20,000 nt of DNA from an uncultured virus (IMG/VR IMGVR_UViG_3300032285_001110) (Duplodnaviria > Heunggongvirae > Uroviricota > Caudoviricetes). The DNA is taken from the IMG/VR virus record IMGVR_UViG_3300032285_001110; one strand, written 5' to 3'. The notes beneath the pieces are model-generated. The model did no database searches. It saw only the letters and a program-made list of their open reading frames with translations, and was not told where the DNA came from. A program made the position numbers and the translations under genes. Numbering within the stretch: position 1 is the stretch's first letter; each line of letters starts with the position of its first letter. Below, piece by piece: positions 1 through 8,346 of this stretch.

Positions 1-1
1 A

Positions 2-760
2 GCCCGAGAAGCTCATGGTAGGAGTTCCACCGACAGCTGCACCAGTGTAGAAGTTACCCTGTACAATGGCAGTCTTGTTAGCGTCAAAGATACCTACACC
101 AGTAGTGGTAGCGGTTGCAGCTGCACGAGCAATAAAGGTGAAGGTAGTAGCACTTGGGGTTACACCACTGTCTACGGCAAAGATACCGTTAGCAATTGGG
201 TTTAGAGTGTCACGCACAACAATAGGAGTACCGATAGGAAGTACTGGCATACCAGTACCATTTACGGTAATGACTCGAGAACCTGCAGTAGTAACAATAC
301 CAGAGATACCCGATACCTGAACGGCACTTGGATATGCAAATGGACGCATGTTGATTGTGCCGAGGTTTTCCCACTTCGACACCTGAGTACCATACTCAAA
401 GTCAGTATCGATAAGTGCCTGAGCAGTCGAGGTACGGAACTTGTTAGCTGGGTCAGTGTTGATTTCTGCTGGGGTGAACTTCTCAGCATATTCGTCAACT
501 ACAATCTGTAGCTTGTCAGTCGATGACATACCTACAGTGTTAAAGTTTAGAACTAGAGTAGTGCTATCTACACCAGCAACAGAGCTGTTAGTGTAAGAAG
601 TAGCTTTTAGAGACTGGTCTGAAAAATTGTAAATCACCTGGTTCATGGTGACGTTGGTGATGAGGATAAGTCGTTCACGAAGAATGTTCTTCGAGATAAC
701 TACCGTCTTTGTAGAGGGGTTAAATGTATAACCAGTCTCCAAAATTACTTTTCTTGCCAT
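2..760 (-). CDS. Virion structural / fibre-associated protein, N-terminal part (runs off the left edge)
   Basis: Not in the ORF track. ATG at 758-760 with AGGAG upstream; the frame is open to the window edge: MARKVILETGYTFNPSTKTVVISKNILRERLILITNVTMNQVIYNFSDQS...ALIDTDFEYGTQVSKWE. Lies in the structural module. Confidence 0.8.
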   Translation of the reverse strand, partial: MARKVILETGYTFNPSTKTVVISKNILRERLILITNVTMNQVIYNFSDQSLKATSYTNSSVAGVDSTTLVLNFNTVGMSSTDKLQIVVDEYAEKFTPAEINTDPANKFRTSTAQALIDTDFEYGTQVSKWENLGTINMRPFAYPSAVQVSGISGIVTTAGSRVITVNGTGMPVLPIGTPIVVRDTLNPIANGIFAVDSGVTPSATTFTFIARAAATATTTGVGIFDANKTAIVQGNFYTGAAVGGTPTMSFSG

Positions 761-766
761 ATTGGT

Positions 767-1726
767 TTACGCTCCTAGGAGTAAGTCCACTGCACGGAAT
801 GGATAGTTTGTTGTCATTGTTGTGGTTGACGGTCCAGACATAATTCTACCATCAAAAGTGGACCCCAATGGTGGTATTCCGTGGAACGCAATATAACCAT
901 CAGAATCTAAGAATAGCCCATTAAAGGGTATTCCTGATTGCCAAACAACCTCTGGGCTGTTGACTTTTTGCATAACACCGTTTACTGAGACCAATAGTAA
1001 GAAAGGGTTAGTTAACGATATTTGTGCACCCTGGTAAGTTGGCATAAAACGGTTTTGAATACCGTTAAAATTGTTGTGTAAATCATCAATAGGAATGACA
1101 TCTGGGGTTAATCCTCCAGGAATTCCAAAGTTAAATACTGCAGCACTAGAAGTACCAGTGTTAGTTACAGTTGGAGCAGCTCCTGCAGGAAGAGCAGTAG
1201 TAGTACCCACAGCAACAGTTGCGGTGGCAGGCCCCTGAGGAATAGTCAGATTTAAAATCTGGCTAGGTGCGGTTCCAGTAATGGTAGCTGCAGCAGCAGA
1301 GCCAGAAGCACCAGTAGTTACAGTACCAATGTTTAGGCTATTAGAAGGTCCAGTAGGACCAGTCGCTCCAGTTGGTCCATAAGGAAGAACTAAATTAAGT
1401 GTTTGACTTGGAGAAGTACCGCTAATTGTGGCTGCGGCAGTAGTACTAGCAGTAACACTACCAATACTCAGAACGTTAGAAGGACCTGTAGCTCCCGTTG
1501 CACCTGTTGCTCCCGCGGCACCTGTTGCTCCAGTAGGTCCAGTTGGACCAGTAGCCCCCGTGGTTCCTTGAGTAAAATAAGGCAGAACAGTCCAAGTAGA
1601 TGAGCCATTACCAACTTTAAACTTTAGAGTGTCGGTCTCCATGGCAAGCTCGCCTTGAGCAAGAATAGGATTGGCAGCAGTCCAAGCTGCTGCAGTTCCA
1701 CGCCTAAGCTGAATTTGTACAGCCAT
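767..1726 (-). CDS. Tail-fibre-like protein with Mtd_N-type N-terminal domain and collagen-like repeats
   Basis: N-terminus QIQLRRGTAAAWTAANPILAQGELAMETDTLKFKVGNG matches the major-tropism-determinant N-terminal domain pattern. G-x-T triplet runs and repeated 'IGTVTT..AAATI.GT...Q.LNL.IP.G' spacers follow. Confidence 0.85.
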   Translation of the reverse strand: MAVQIQLRRGTAAAWTAANPILAQGELAMETDTLKFKVGNGSSTWTVLPYFTQGTTGATGPTGPTGATGAAGATGATGATGPSNVLSIGSVTASTTAAATISGTSPSQTLNLVLPYGPTGATGPTGPSNSLNIGTVTTGASGSAAAATITGTAPSQILNLTIPQGPATATVAVGTTTALPAGAAPTVTNTGTSSAAVFNFGIPGGLTPDVIPIDDLHNNFNGIQNRFMPTYQGAQISLTNPFLLLVSVNGVMQKVNSPEVVWQSGIPFNGLFLDSDGYIAFHGIPPLGSTFDGRIMSGPSTTTMTTNYPFRAVDLLLGA

Positions 1727-1959
1727 TAGATTCCACCTCCATCAACTGCGGTAGTTCCACCATAAATGGAATCGGGCAACCCACCATCTAGATTTCCAGC
1801 AGAAGGGCTAAAGTAAGGGAGCAAAATCCAAGCAGTTACTCCGTCTCCAATTTTAAGCTTATTTGTGTCAGTTTCGAGCCCAAACTCACCTTGTGCCAAA
1901 ACTGGATTACGTAATGTCCAGTTGGCTGCTGTACCTCTTTTATGCTGTAATGTAATCAT
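1726..1959 (-). CDS. Stand-alone Mtd_N-domain small structural protein
   Basis: LQHKRGTAANWTLRNPVLAQGEFGLETDTNKLKIGDG; AGGA RBS; TAATG stop/start overlap with the next gene. Confidence 0.8.
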   Translation of the reverse strand: MITLQHKRGTAANWTLRNPVLAQGEFGLETDTNKLKIGDGVTAWILLPYFSPSAGNLDGGLPDSIYGGTTAVDGGGI

Positions 1960-1967
1960 TCATATTC

Positions 1968-3362
1968 CTAAATAGGTATTCCCCAGCCAGTAAAGACATT
2001 CTTCTTAGTACCCGTAGCAGTTCCTGAAATATTTATTGCTCCATTACCAGCAGAGGTATACCCTACAGAACCTGAGCCTATTGCCACTAGGTTTACTAAT
2101 CCTGAAGCACTTACTGGGTATTTTAGTGCAGGAGTTGCAGTAGCAGTTATTGAAACTGCTCCAACAGCGTTTACGTTAGTTAGCGGAGTTGCAGCAGAAG
2201 TTATCGATAAAGAACCAGAGCCAACCGTAATGTACTTTAACCCCGCAGTAGCGGTTGCGGTCAGGGCTACTGCCCCAGTACCCGTGGTTGTAAACTTAAT
2301 TGCGTCAGACGCAGCACCAACTATGGATACTGTTCCGCTAGCCGTAGTTGGGTAAGATAGCCCAGCAAGAGCAGCTCCAACAATCGAGATTGCTCCAGAA
2401 GCAATAGTTGCCGAGTTACTTGAACTAGCGGCTCCAACTAGAGATACGGCAGCAGTACCAGTTGTAGTAAATGCAACTGTACCTGTGGCAGTTCCAGTTA
2501 AAGTTATTGCACCAGAAGCAGTTACTGGGAACTTTTCAACATCCGTAGCAGTAGCGGTAAGTGTAATACCGCCACTGGCAGTAACTGGGTAAGCCAACGC
2601 ACTGGTAGCAGCACCAACAAGTCCAACTGCACCTGAACCAGTAGTTGTGTAACTTACTGTTGCGGTAGCAGTTCCCGTAATAGAAATAGCACCTGATGCA
2701 GTAGTGGCACCAGGAGCAGTAGTAGCAATACCTACTAATCCAACTGCCCCAGCACCAGTAGTGGTAAATACTGGGTTAGTGATAGTAGCGGATGCTGTAA
2801 GAGTCAGTGCACCAGTTGCGGTTACAGGGTAAGCGTTTACGTCAGTAGCACTAGCTGTAAGAGTTAGGGCACCAGAACCTGCAGATGTAAATACGGGGTT
2901 AGAAATGTTGGCAGCACCAACTACAGATACTGCACCAGTACCAGTAATGGCGTATGATAGTGAACCTGTAGCAGTACCTACTAGGCTAATCGTGTTAGTA
3001 GCAGTTACTGGGAAGCTAAGTGATGCGGCGTCTGCACCAACAATAGAGATAGACGCACTACCAGTAGTAGGGTATGACTGGGCAGTAGAGGCGGCAGCCG
3101 TTACGTCAAGTGCAGCTGAACCAGTAGTAGTAAAACTTACAGTAGCAGTAGCTACACCAGTTACGTCAATACCTGCTGAAGCAGTTGCCGCACCATCAGA
3201 AGTGGGAGCCAGGTCGTCAACGGCAATGCCAAACGGAGCCTGCGGGATTGCAACAGTTACGGCAGGATTTCCCTGGTGTGAAGGACCACCAAACTGAGTG
3301 TTTCCACCAGTTCCACCTGTTACGAAGGCGTTAGTTGTTATCGGGAGGAATGGCTGAGCCAT
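1968..3362 (-). CDS. Thr/Ala/Gly/Ser-rich 20-aa tandem repeat structural protein (putative beta-fibre)
   Basis: 464-aa ORF with about 20 repeats of [FY]-[PT]-x-T-[AG]-[ST]-G-A-[IVL]-x-[LI]-x-[GA]-x-A-[TS]; structural-module context. Confidence 0.75.
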   Translation of the reverse strand: MAQPFLPITTNAFVTGGTGGNTQFGGPSHQGNPAVTVAIPQAPFGIAVDDLAPTSDGAATASAGIDVTGVATATVSFTTTGSAALDVTAAASTAQSYPTTGSASISIVGADAASLSFPVTATNTISLVGTATGSLSYAITGTGAVSVVGAANISNPVFTSAGSGALTLTASATDVNAYPVTATGALTLTASATITNPVFTTTGAGAVGLVGIATTAPGATTASGAISITGTATATVSYTTTGSGAVGLVGAATSALAYPVTASGGITLTATATDVEKFPVTASGAITLTGTATGTVAFTTTGTAAVSLVGAASSSNSATIASGAISIVGAALAGLSYPTTASGTVSIVGAASDAIKFTTTGTGAVALTATATAGLKYITVGSGSLSITSAATPLTNVNAVGAVSITATATPALKYPVSASGLVNLVAIGSGSVGYTSAGNGAINISGTATGTKKNVFTGWGIPI

Positions 3363-3369
3363 TTAAGGA

Positions 3370-3834
3370 TTACTCCTCCCAGATAAAGTGACCTGTAAAA
3401 GTTCCTACAGTACCACCTGAAGCACTGGCATTTACAATGCAAATGCCTGCACCAGCGGTGGCAGGAATGATTAGTGGATAGTCGCGGAAGTCCCAAACCC
3501 ACCAACCACCAGCGGTTGTGGAAAGTCCGCCACGAGTTAGCTGAAGAGTGGTTGAAAATGTTGGAGCTACTGACCAAGCAGTATCAATGGTACCGATAGC
3601 AGCGGCGTCATTACCATCAAATGGGTTACCAGTTACCGAAGTAGACTGAGTACCACGAGCAGTTGCACGAGAAAGATAAAAGCTTGGAGCAGTGGTTGGA
3701 GCAGAAGCCACGCCAATAGCAATTTGCATGACACGAATACGCTGGGTTGTACCCGTATTGTTCAAGTTAGCGTACTGGGTGTTAGCAGCGTTAACACCCG
3801 ACACGCTGAATCCAGCTGCATAACGAGCCGCCAT
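3370..3834 (-). CDS. Hypothetical virion structural protein
   Basis: 154-aa beta-rich ORF, coupled to the upstream gene by TAATG. Confidence 0.65.
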   Translation of the reverse strand: MAARYAAGFSVSGVNAANTQYANLNNTGTTQRIRVMQIAIGVASAPTTAPSFYLSRATARGTQSTSVTGNPFDGNDAAAIGTIDTAWSVAPTFSTTLQLTRGGLSTTAGGWWVWDFRDYPLIIPATAGAGICIVNASASGGTVGTFTGHFIWEE

Positions 3835-4190
3835 TAGCTAGCGGTCACCGTTAGAGCACCAATGGCGATAGTTACAGTACCTGCAGAAGCACCAGTGGTA
3901 ATAGCTGGGCTAAGAGCACCACCAAAGTAGTAAGTACCAGCAGTGATAGCACTGAAAACACCAAAGTACGATGCAGTGGTAGAAGCAGGTAGATTGATGG
4001 TCAAAGCGTTGCTGTTAGAAATGCTACCACCCGAAGCGGTACCCCAAGTAACGGCTACACGAGCGTAAGTACCACCAGTAACCTCACCAGTAGCACCTGA
4101 TGTGGTAGGGTCAGCAGTGAACAGAGCAACGTAAGCCCAGCCAGTGGTAACTAGAGCCTGGTTTGCCTCTGTAGTTGAAATTCTTGCCAT
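3834..4190 (-). CDS. Small phage virion/tail-associated protein (YVALFTADP...EVTGGTYAR family)
   Basis: Motif AYVALFTADP-x6-GEVTGGTYARVAVTW is common in phage structural modules; AGGA RBS. Confidence 0.75.
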   Translation of the reverse strand: MARISTTEANQALVTTGWAYVALFTADPTTSGATGEVTGGTYARVAVTWGTASGGSISNSNALTINLPASTTASYFGVFSAITAGTYYFGGALSPAITTGASAGTVTIAIGALTVTAS

Positions 4191-4199
4191 TTATTTTCC

Positions 4200-4736
4200 T
4201 TAGTTAATTGTTAAGGTTACTGTCAAGTCAGAGCCAGCAGTAGTAGAGCCCACACCCGTAACATTTACGGTTGCATAGTCATTTAAGTTTACAACTTGAC
4301 TCAAGGTAGTTGTTGCTGTATAAGCACCAGCAGCAACTGAAACTGTACCTACTGTAACCCCATTTATTAAAAGAGCCACGACTACAGGTGCTCCCACAGA
4401 TGGGGTGCTCACACTAGCTCTAATTTTTGTAATAGTTCTTGTTGATTCAAAATAAAAACGGTTGACCCCAGCACGAACTACCAAGCTATCCTGCATTACA
4501 AATACTGGAGTAACTCCAGCAGGACCAGTTGCCCCTGTAGGGCCAGCAGGACCAGTTGCTCCACGCTGTCCAGGAACACCTGGAAGAAGAGCTGTGTCTA
4601 CTTCTGGATAAGTGAAGTTAGGGTCAATAGTCTGTGGAGGAGTAGTTTGCCCAGGCTGTGGAAAATCATTTGGGTTATAGGGCCCGTTATTTGGCGTAAG
4701 GAGGTTGATGTCCTTCTCTGGATACGGTGCTGTCAT
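4200..4736 (-). CDS. Collagen-repeat minor structural protein
   Basis: Pro-rich N-terminus, GVPGQRGATGPAGPTGATGPAG triplets, and a C-terminal beta-sandwich-like region ending GSDLTVTLTIN. Confidence 0.75.
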   Translation of the reverse strand: MTAPYPEKDINLLTPNNGPYNPNDFPQPGQTTPPQTIDPNFTYPEVDTALLPGVPGQRGATGPAGPTGATGPAGVTPVFVMQDSLVVRAGVNRFYFESTRTITKIRASVSTPSVGAPVVVALLINGVTVGTVSVAAGAYTATTTLSQVVNLNDYATVNVTGVGSTTAGSDLTVTLTIN

Positions 4737-5794
4737 TAGATTACAATCGAACTTACACGCTCAGTGAAGAAGTTGCCACCCTTAATCTCAATCTGCTCCA
4801 AAGTAGTTGCGTTAACTGTGGATAGGGATAGGTAGGTGCGGTTAGCCAAACGCAATGTTTGGTCTGCTGTGAGAGAGAGCGTGGCAGTGTAGGTTCCGTC
4901 CCCGTGGTCCAGAACGGACAGAGTTATATTTTGGACGACCAGCACACTGCCACGTTGGTTAAGGAGATTAGCCAGGAATGAGTATCCTGTGTAAGAACCA
5001 CTGAAGTTAATAGTGGTTGTCCACGCACGACCCTGGTAAGCGATAAACTCGCCTGCATCAGATGGCCATGCTGGGTTCTTATCTCCATAAGTAGGTAGTT
5101 GGTCATGAACTCGTTCTGGGTAAGAACGGTCATCGACCTCTTGAGGCTTGTAGACAGGAACATAACGTCCTGTAGCCTTAGACTGGCGACGCAAAGTAAA
5201 CACGTCAATACGGTACATACCGACACCAAGCTGAACGCAAAGGTCACGGTACTGAATCTGACGCTGCTGTACCATCTCCATCAACTGGCGATAACGCTCA
5301 GAACGTGGAATGGATACACCATCTGGTGCAGCAATGTCGATATCAAACGAGGCATCTGTAGCAAGAGTATACAGAGCCAATGTAGTAGCGTAAATAGCTA
5401 CTGGGTACTCTTCAATACTAGGAAGAGTGTCTACTGTAAGTGCACGACCAACAGAGTCTACGTGACCGTTTGCGTGCTGGGATACTGCGTCTGTAACTAA
5501 GGTCGTGAGCTCAGTAGCAGTAAAGTAACGATAGTAAGTACCACTAACTGTAATAATGTCGCCATCAGCAGGTACCGTTACTAGAAGCAAACTTCCAGTA
5601 CTTTCTTCAATACTAGAGGTGCTTGTAACATCCGCACCGTTTTTAAACACAGTAGCGGTAAGGGCGTCAATTGGAGAATAGTTAAGCTTAAAACGGTTAG
5701 TAGTACCGTCAGCAACAAACTGGTCTACGAAGGTTTTGCCAAGGTCACCGAGTTCAAACCGAACACGGCTCACTAAACTAGAAATCGTTGCCAC
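4736..5794 (-). CDS. Putative head-to-tail adaptor with extra domains
   Basis: GTG start with GGAGG RBS. The 'LVSRVRFELGD...YFTATELTTLV' pattern is typical of adaptor N-termini. Two genes downstream of the major capsid gene. Confidence 0.6.
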   Translation of the reverse strand: MATISSLVSRVRFELGDLGKTFVDQFVADGTTNRFKLNYSPIDALTATVFKNGADVTSTSSIEESTGSLLLVTVPADGDIITVSGTYYRYFTATELTTLVTDAVSQHANGHVDSVGRALTVDTLPSIEEYPVAIYATTLALYTLATDASFDIDIAAPDGVSIPRSERYRQLMEMVQQRQIQYRDLCVQLGVGMYRIDVFTLRRQSKATGRYVPVYKPQEVDDRSYPERVHDQLPTYGDKNPAWPSDAGEFIAYQGRAWTTTINFSGSYTGYSFLANLLNQRGSVLVVQNITLSVLDHGDGTYTATLSLTADQTLRLANRTYLSLSTVNATTLEQIEIKGGNFFTERVSSIVI

Positions 5795-5850
5795 GAATCC
5801 TCCAATATCTTTACATCTATGTTCCCCTATTTAGGAGATAAATACAGCAT

Positions 5851-5901
5851 AAAAAAGTCCGTCCTGCTGGCGAGAGGAGGGCGGGAACCAGCAGAACGGA
5901 C
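5851..5901 (-). terminator. Intrinsic terminator of the capsid operon, with a 17-nt pyrimidine-rich loop
   Basis: Minus strand: GTCCGTTCTGCTGG-[TTCCCGCCCTCCTCTCG]-CCAGCAGGACGGAC-TTTTTT; 14-bp stem with one G.U pair, then U6. Confidence 0.85.
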
Positions 5902-5918
5902 AGATTTTGGGTGGCTAT

Positions 5919-6302
5919 TTAGCCAATCTGGTGTACGTAACCAAGACGCAGTAGATAGTCTGCGATGTCACGGGAAACGCTGTAAGCACGTCCCTGCTTG
6001 AAGTTGAACACCTGAGGAGCACCATTTACGATGCCATAAGTCATGTCTTCAATGTCTGCGATAGTACGGATGGTAACCGTATCATTTGCAACGGTTACAC
6101 CAACAGACTCAACTTCATCAATAAGAATTGGCTGGTCTGGGGTACGAGGGTCGAAGACGTCATTAGCATTGCTAATCTCTTCTGCCTGGCGAGATAGAGA
6201 AATCTCGTCTTTACGGTCTGCGAGTTCTTTTGCTCGCTTCTTTGCTGCCTGCTCTGCTGCACGGCCTGTTGAGTCCTGAGGACTAGTTGGTAGAGTTGCC
6301 AC
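5919..6302 (-). CDS. Hypothetical protein downstream of the major capsid gene
   Basis: GTG start with AAGGAAG RBS; 127 aa; fills the gap between the UUCG hairpin and the terminator. Confidence 0.8.
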   Translation of the reverse strand: MATLPTSPQDSTGRAAEQAAKKRAKELADRKDEISLSRQAEEISNANDVFDPRTPDQPILIDEVESVGVTVANDTVTIRTIADIEDMTYGIVNGAPQVFNFKQGRAYSVSRDIADYLLRLGYVHQIG

Positions 6303-6343
6303 GATATATGTCTTCCTTGTTATTTTGTTTTGTTGTTTGTGTT

Positions 6344-6365
6344 GGGGGGCCCCGAAGGGCCCCCC
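6344..6365 (-). promoter_or_regulatory. GC-rich cUUCGg hairpin 3' of the capsid gene (mRNA stabiliser or U-tract-less terminator)
   Basis: Minus strand GGGGGGCCC-TTCG-GGGCCCCCC, 9 G-C pairs, followed by an A/C-rich tract rather than a U-tract. Confidence 0.75.
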
Positions 6366-6380
6366 TCTACTGGTCTAACC

Positions 6381-7538
6381 TTAGTTGGTGTAAACCTTGT
6401 TGATTGCCTGGTCGGTGATGATACCTAGACCCCAGATGGAGTACCATGCTAGTGCGTGCTCACGACCAAAGTCAAGAACACCACCATCACGAAGCTCAAC
6501 TGGAAGTGCGATAGCGTGACCGAATGCGTTGTCACCAATCATAATCGACTCGTAGACAGTTGCCGAACCGTTAACGGTACCGTTAGCACCACCGTTAGGG
6601 TTAGCTGCAGCTGGGTAAGCCGATGGGTTACCACCAGCACCTGGGTCAGTGTTAGCAAGAACTGGAACACCAGTCTGGCCGTAGCTGTTACCCGAAGCGT
6701 TGATGTCACCAACAGACGAGGTGTAGTTGATAACCGAGTTAGCAGCGAAGCTGTTAACCTGAGTGGTCTCGATGAAGACGACGTCGTATAGACGACCAAT
6801 CTCACCTAGCATGAAGTTACCTGGAGCAGCGTACTTGGTAACTTCGATGAACTCTGGGTTCGAGCGAAGGTCACGAGACTGCTTAGGGTGAATGAACTGC
6901 ACGTAGGTCTCACCGATACGAGGAATGTTCTTGCTAGCAAGAGCAAGAGCCGAGTCCTTGATAGCACCAGTGGTTAGCTTGAACTGACCAGTTAGGTCGC
7001 TAATCTTGGTACCAACGGTACCTTCAGCATAGGTGTTGAAGGTGGTTGCAGCGGTGTAGCCCGAACGGTCGTAACCGAACGAAGCCGAGGTAGCTGCAGC
7101 AAGGGTGTTACGTGCCTGTACGTCTAGGTACTGAGCCATGTGACGACCAAGTAGACGAGAAGCCGAAGCCATGATGTCGTCGAACGAAGCGTTCAATAGA
7201 AGCTCCGAAACAGCAACTGCATAGCCGTGCTCTGCTACGGTGATAGCAATCTGCTCAGCGGTTAGGGCGTTAGTGGTCATACGTACACCTTCGCTAAGTG
7301 GAGTTGGGTCCACCGAGAAGTTCTTGTAACGTAGGAAGTTAACACGTAGACCAGGGCTTACGCCAAGCTCAGTCTTCTTAACAGCGAACTGCTCGAAGCG
7401 GAGGATAGGCATTGCCTGGAATAGGATTTCCTTCGACCAGATGGTCTGGATGGACTGCGATAGCTGGCTGTTAGAACCAGAATACGCTGTTGGGGCAGCA
7501 GCAAGCTGGCCCGAACCTGTAATAGCAGAACCTGCCAT
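6381..7538 (-). CDS. Major capsid protein (N4-gp56-like family, HK97 fold)
   Basis: Motifs WSKEILFQAMPILRFEQFA, LSEGV, EHGYAVAVSELL, GEIGRLYDVVFIET and DFGREHALAWYSIWG; follows scaffold and portal; AAGGA RBS. Confidence 0.93.
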   Translation of the reverse strand: MAGSAITGSGQLAAAPTAYSGSNSQLSQSIQTIWSKEILFQAMPILRFEQFAVKKTELGVSPGLRVNFLRYKNFSVDPTPLSEGVRMTTNALTAEQIAITVAEHGYAVAVSELLLNASFDDIMASASRLLGRHMAQYLDVQARNTLAAATSASFGYDRSGYTAATTFNTYAEGTVGTKISDLTGQFKLTTGAIKDSALALASKNIPRIGETYVQFIHPKQSRDLRSNPEFIEVTKYAAPGNFMLGEIGRLYDVVFIETTQVNSFAANSVINYTSSVGDINASGNSYGQTGVPVLANTDPGAGGNPSAYPAAANPNGGANGTVNGSATVYESIMIGDNAFGHAIALPVELRDGGVLDFGREHALAWYSIWGLGIITDQAINKVYTN

Positions 7539-7584
7539 TTTGGTTTCCTTTCGGTTAGTTTATGTAAATGTTTCTTTTTGGAAA

Positions 7585-8346
7585 TTAATTTCCGAAAAGA
7601 CCCTGTCCTCTATTATTTGAGCCAGAACGGAGAAGTCGGTCTCTGTTCTTAATGTAGTCAGCCATAGACATGTTAGCCACGTCCTGTACGATGTTTGATT
7701 CCGAATTGGTGTCGAGGGGTCCAGAGGCAGGCACCGTTACACGGGTACCAACCATTTCCTTTCGAGACTGCTGGCTAGCTGCCTGTACAGACTCTAAGAT
7801 TTTGGCAGTCTTTTCTTTAGCACGAAGGATGCTCTGCTCAATCTCATCCTTCGAGTTGCCGTCTACTAGGTCAAGTAGTTCAGGCATAATGTCTGTGCGT
7901 TCCTGCTCCATACGCTGCGAACGATAGTTCTGCAGTTCCTGATATTCCCGCTCACGTTGTAGAAGGTCAAATGCCTTCTGGCGTTCCTGACGTTCTGCGT
8001 CGAGTTGCTTCTGCCATTCGGATTCCTTAGTCTTAAGGAGCTCCTTGACATTCATCTCGTCTTCGAGCTGTGCCTTCTTCTGGGCTTCACGCTCGGCACG
8101 CTTTGCAGCACGCTCTGCTTCTCGCTCAGATTCAGTCTTGGCTCGCTCTTCATCTCGCTTACGCAAGATGCTTAGTTCTTCCTGTAGCTTCTCTAGCTGA
8201 GGGTACAACTTGGACTTCTCCTGTGCACGTGCTTCCTGAATACGCTTTGCAACGTCATCGTTAGAAGGGTTAGTGCTAGTTGTAATTTCAGCATTGAATG
8301 CTTCAGATGGGCTTGGTGCGTCTACACCAATTGTTTCTTCTGCCAT
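7585..8346 (-). CDS. Capsid scaffolding protein
   Basis: Highly charged coiled coil between portal and capsid genes; C-terminal 'NMSMADYIKNRDRLL' helix typical of scaffolds. Confidence 0.85.
   Translation of the reverse strand: MAEETIGVDAPSPSEAFNAEITTSTNPSNDDVAKRIQEARAQEKSKLYPQLEKLQEELSILRKRDEERAKTESEREAERAAKRAEREAQKKAQLEDEMNVKELLKTKESEWQKQLDAERQERQKAFDLLQREREYQELQNYRSQRMEQERTDIMPELLDLVDGNSKDEIEQSILRAKEKTAKILESVQAASQQSRKEMVGTRVTVPASGPLDTNSESNIVQDVANMSMADYIKNRDRLLRSGSNNRGQGLFGN

Noticed and set aside
767..1959. Diversity-generating retroelement suggested by Mtd_N domains
   Set aside because: No reverse transcriptase and no TR/VR pair differing at adenines was seen; Mtd_N alone is a common fibre module.
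1968..3362. CRISPR array or DNA tandem repeat
   Set aside because: The periodicity is at protein level within an intact ORF; there are no identical DNA repeats with spacers.
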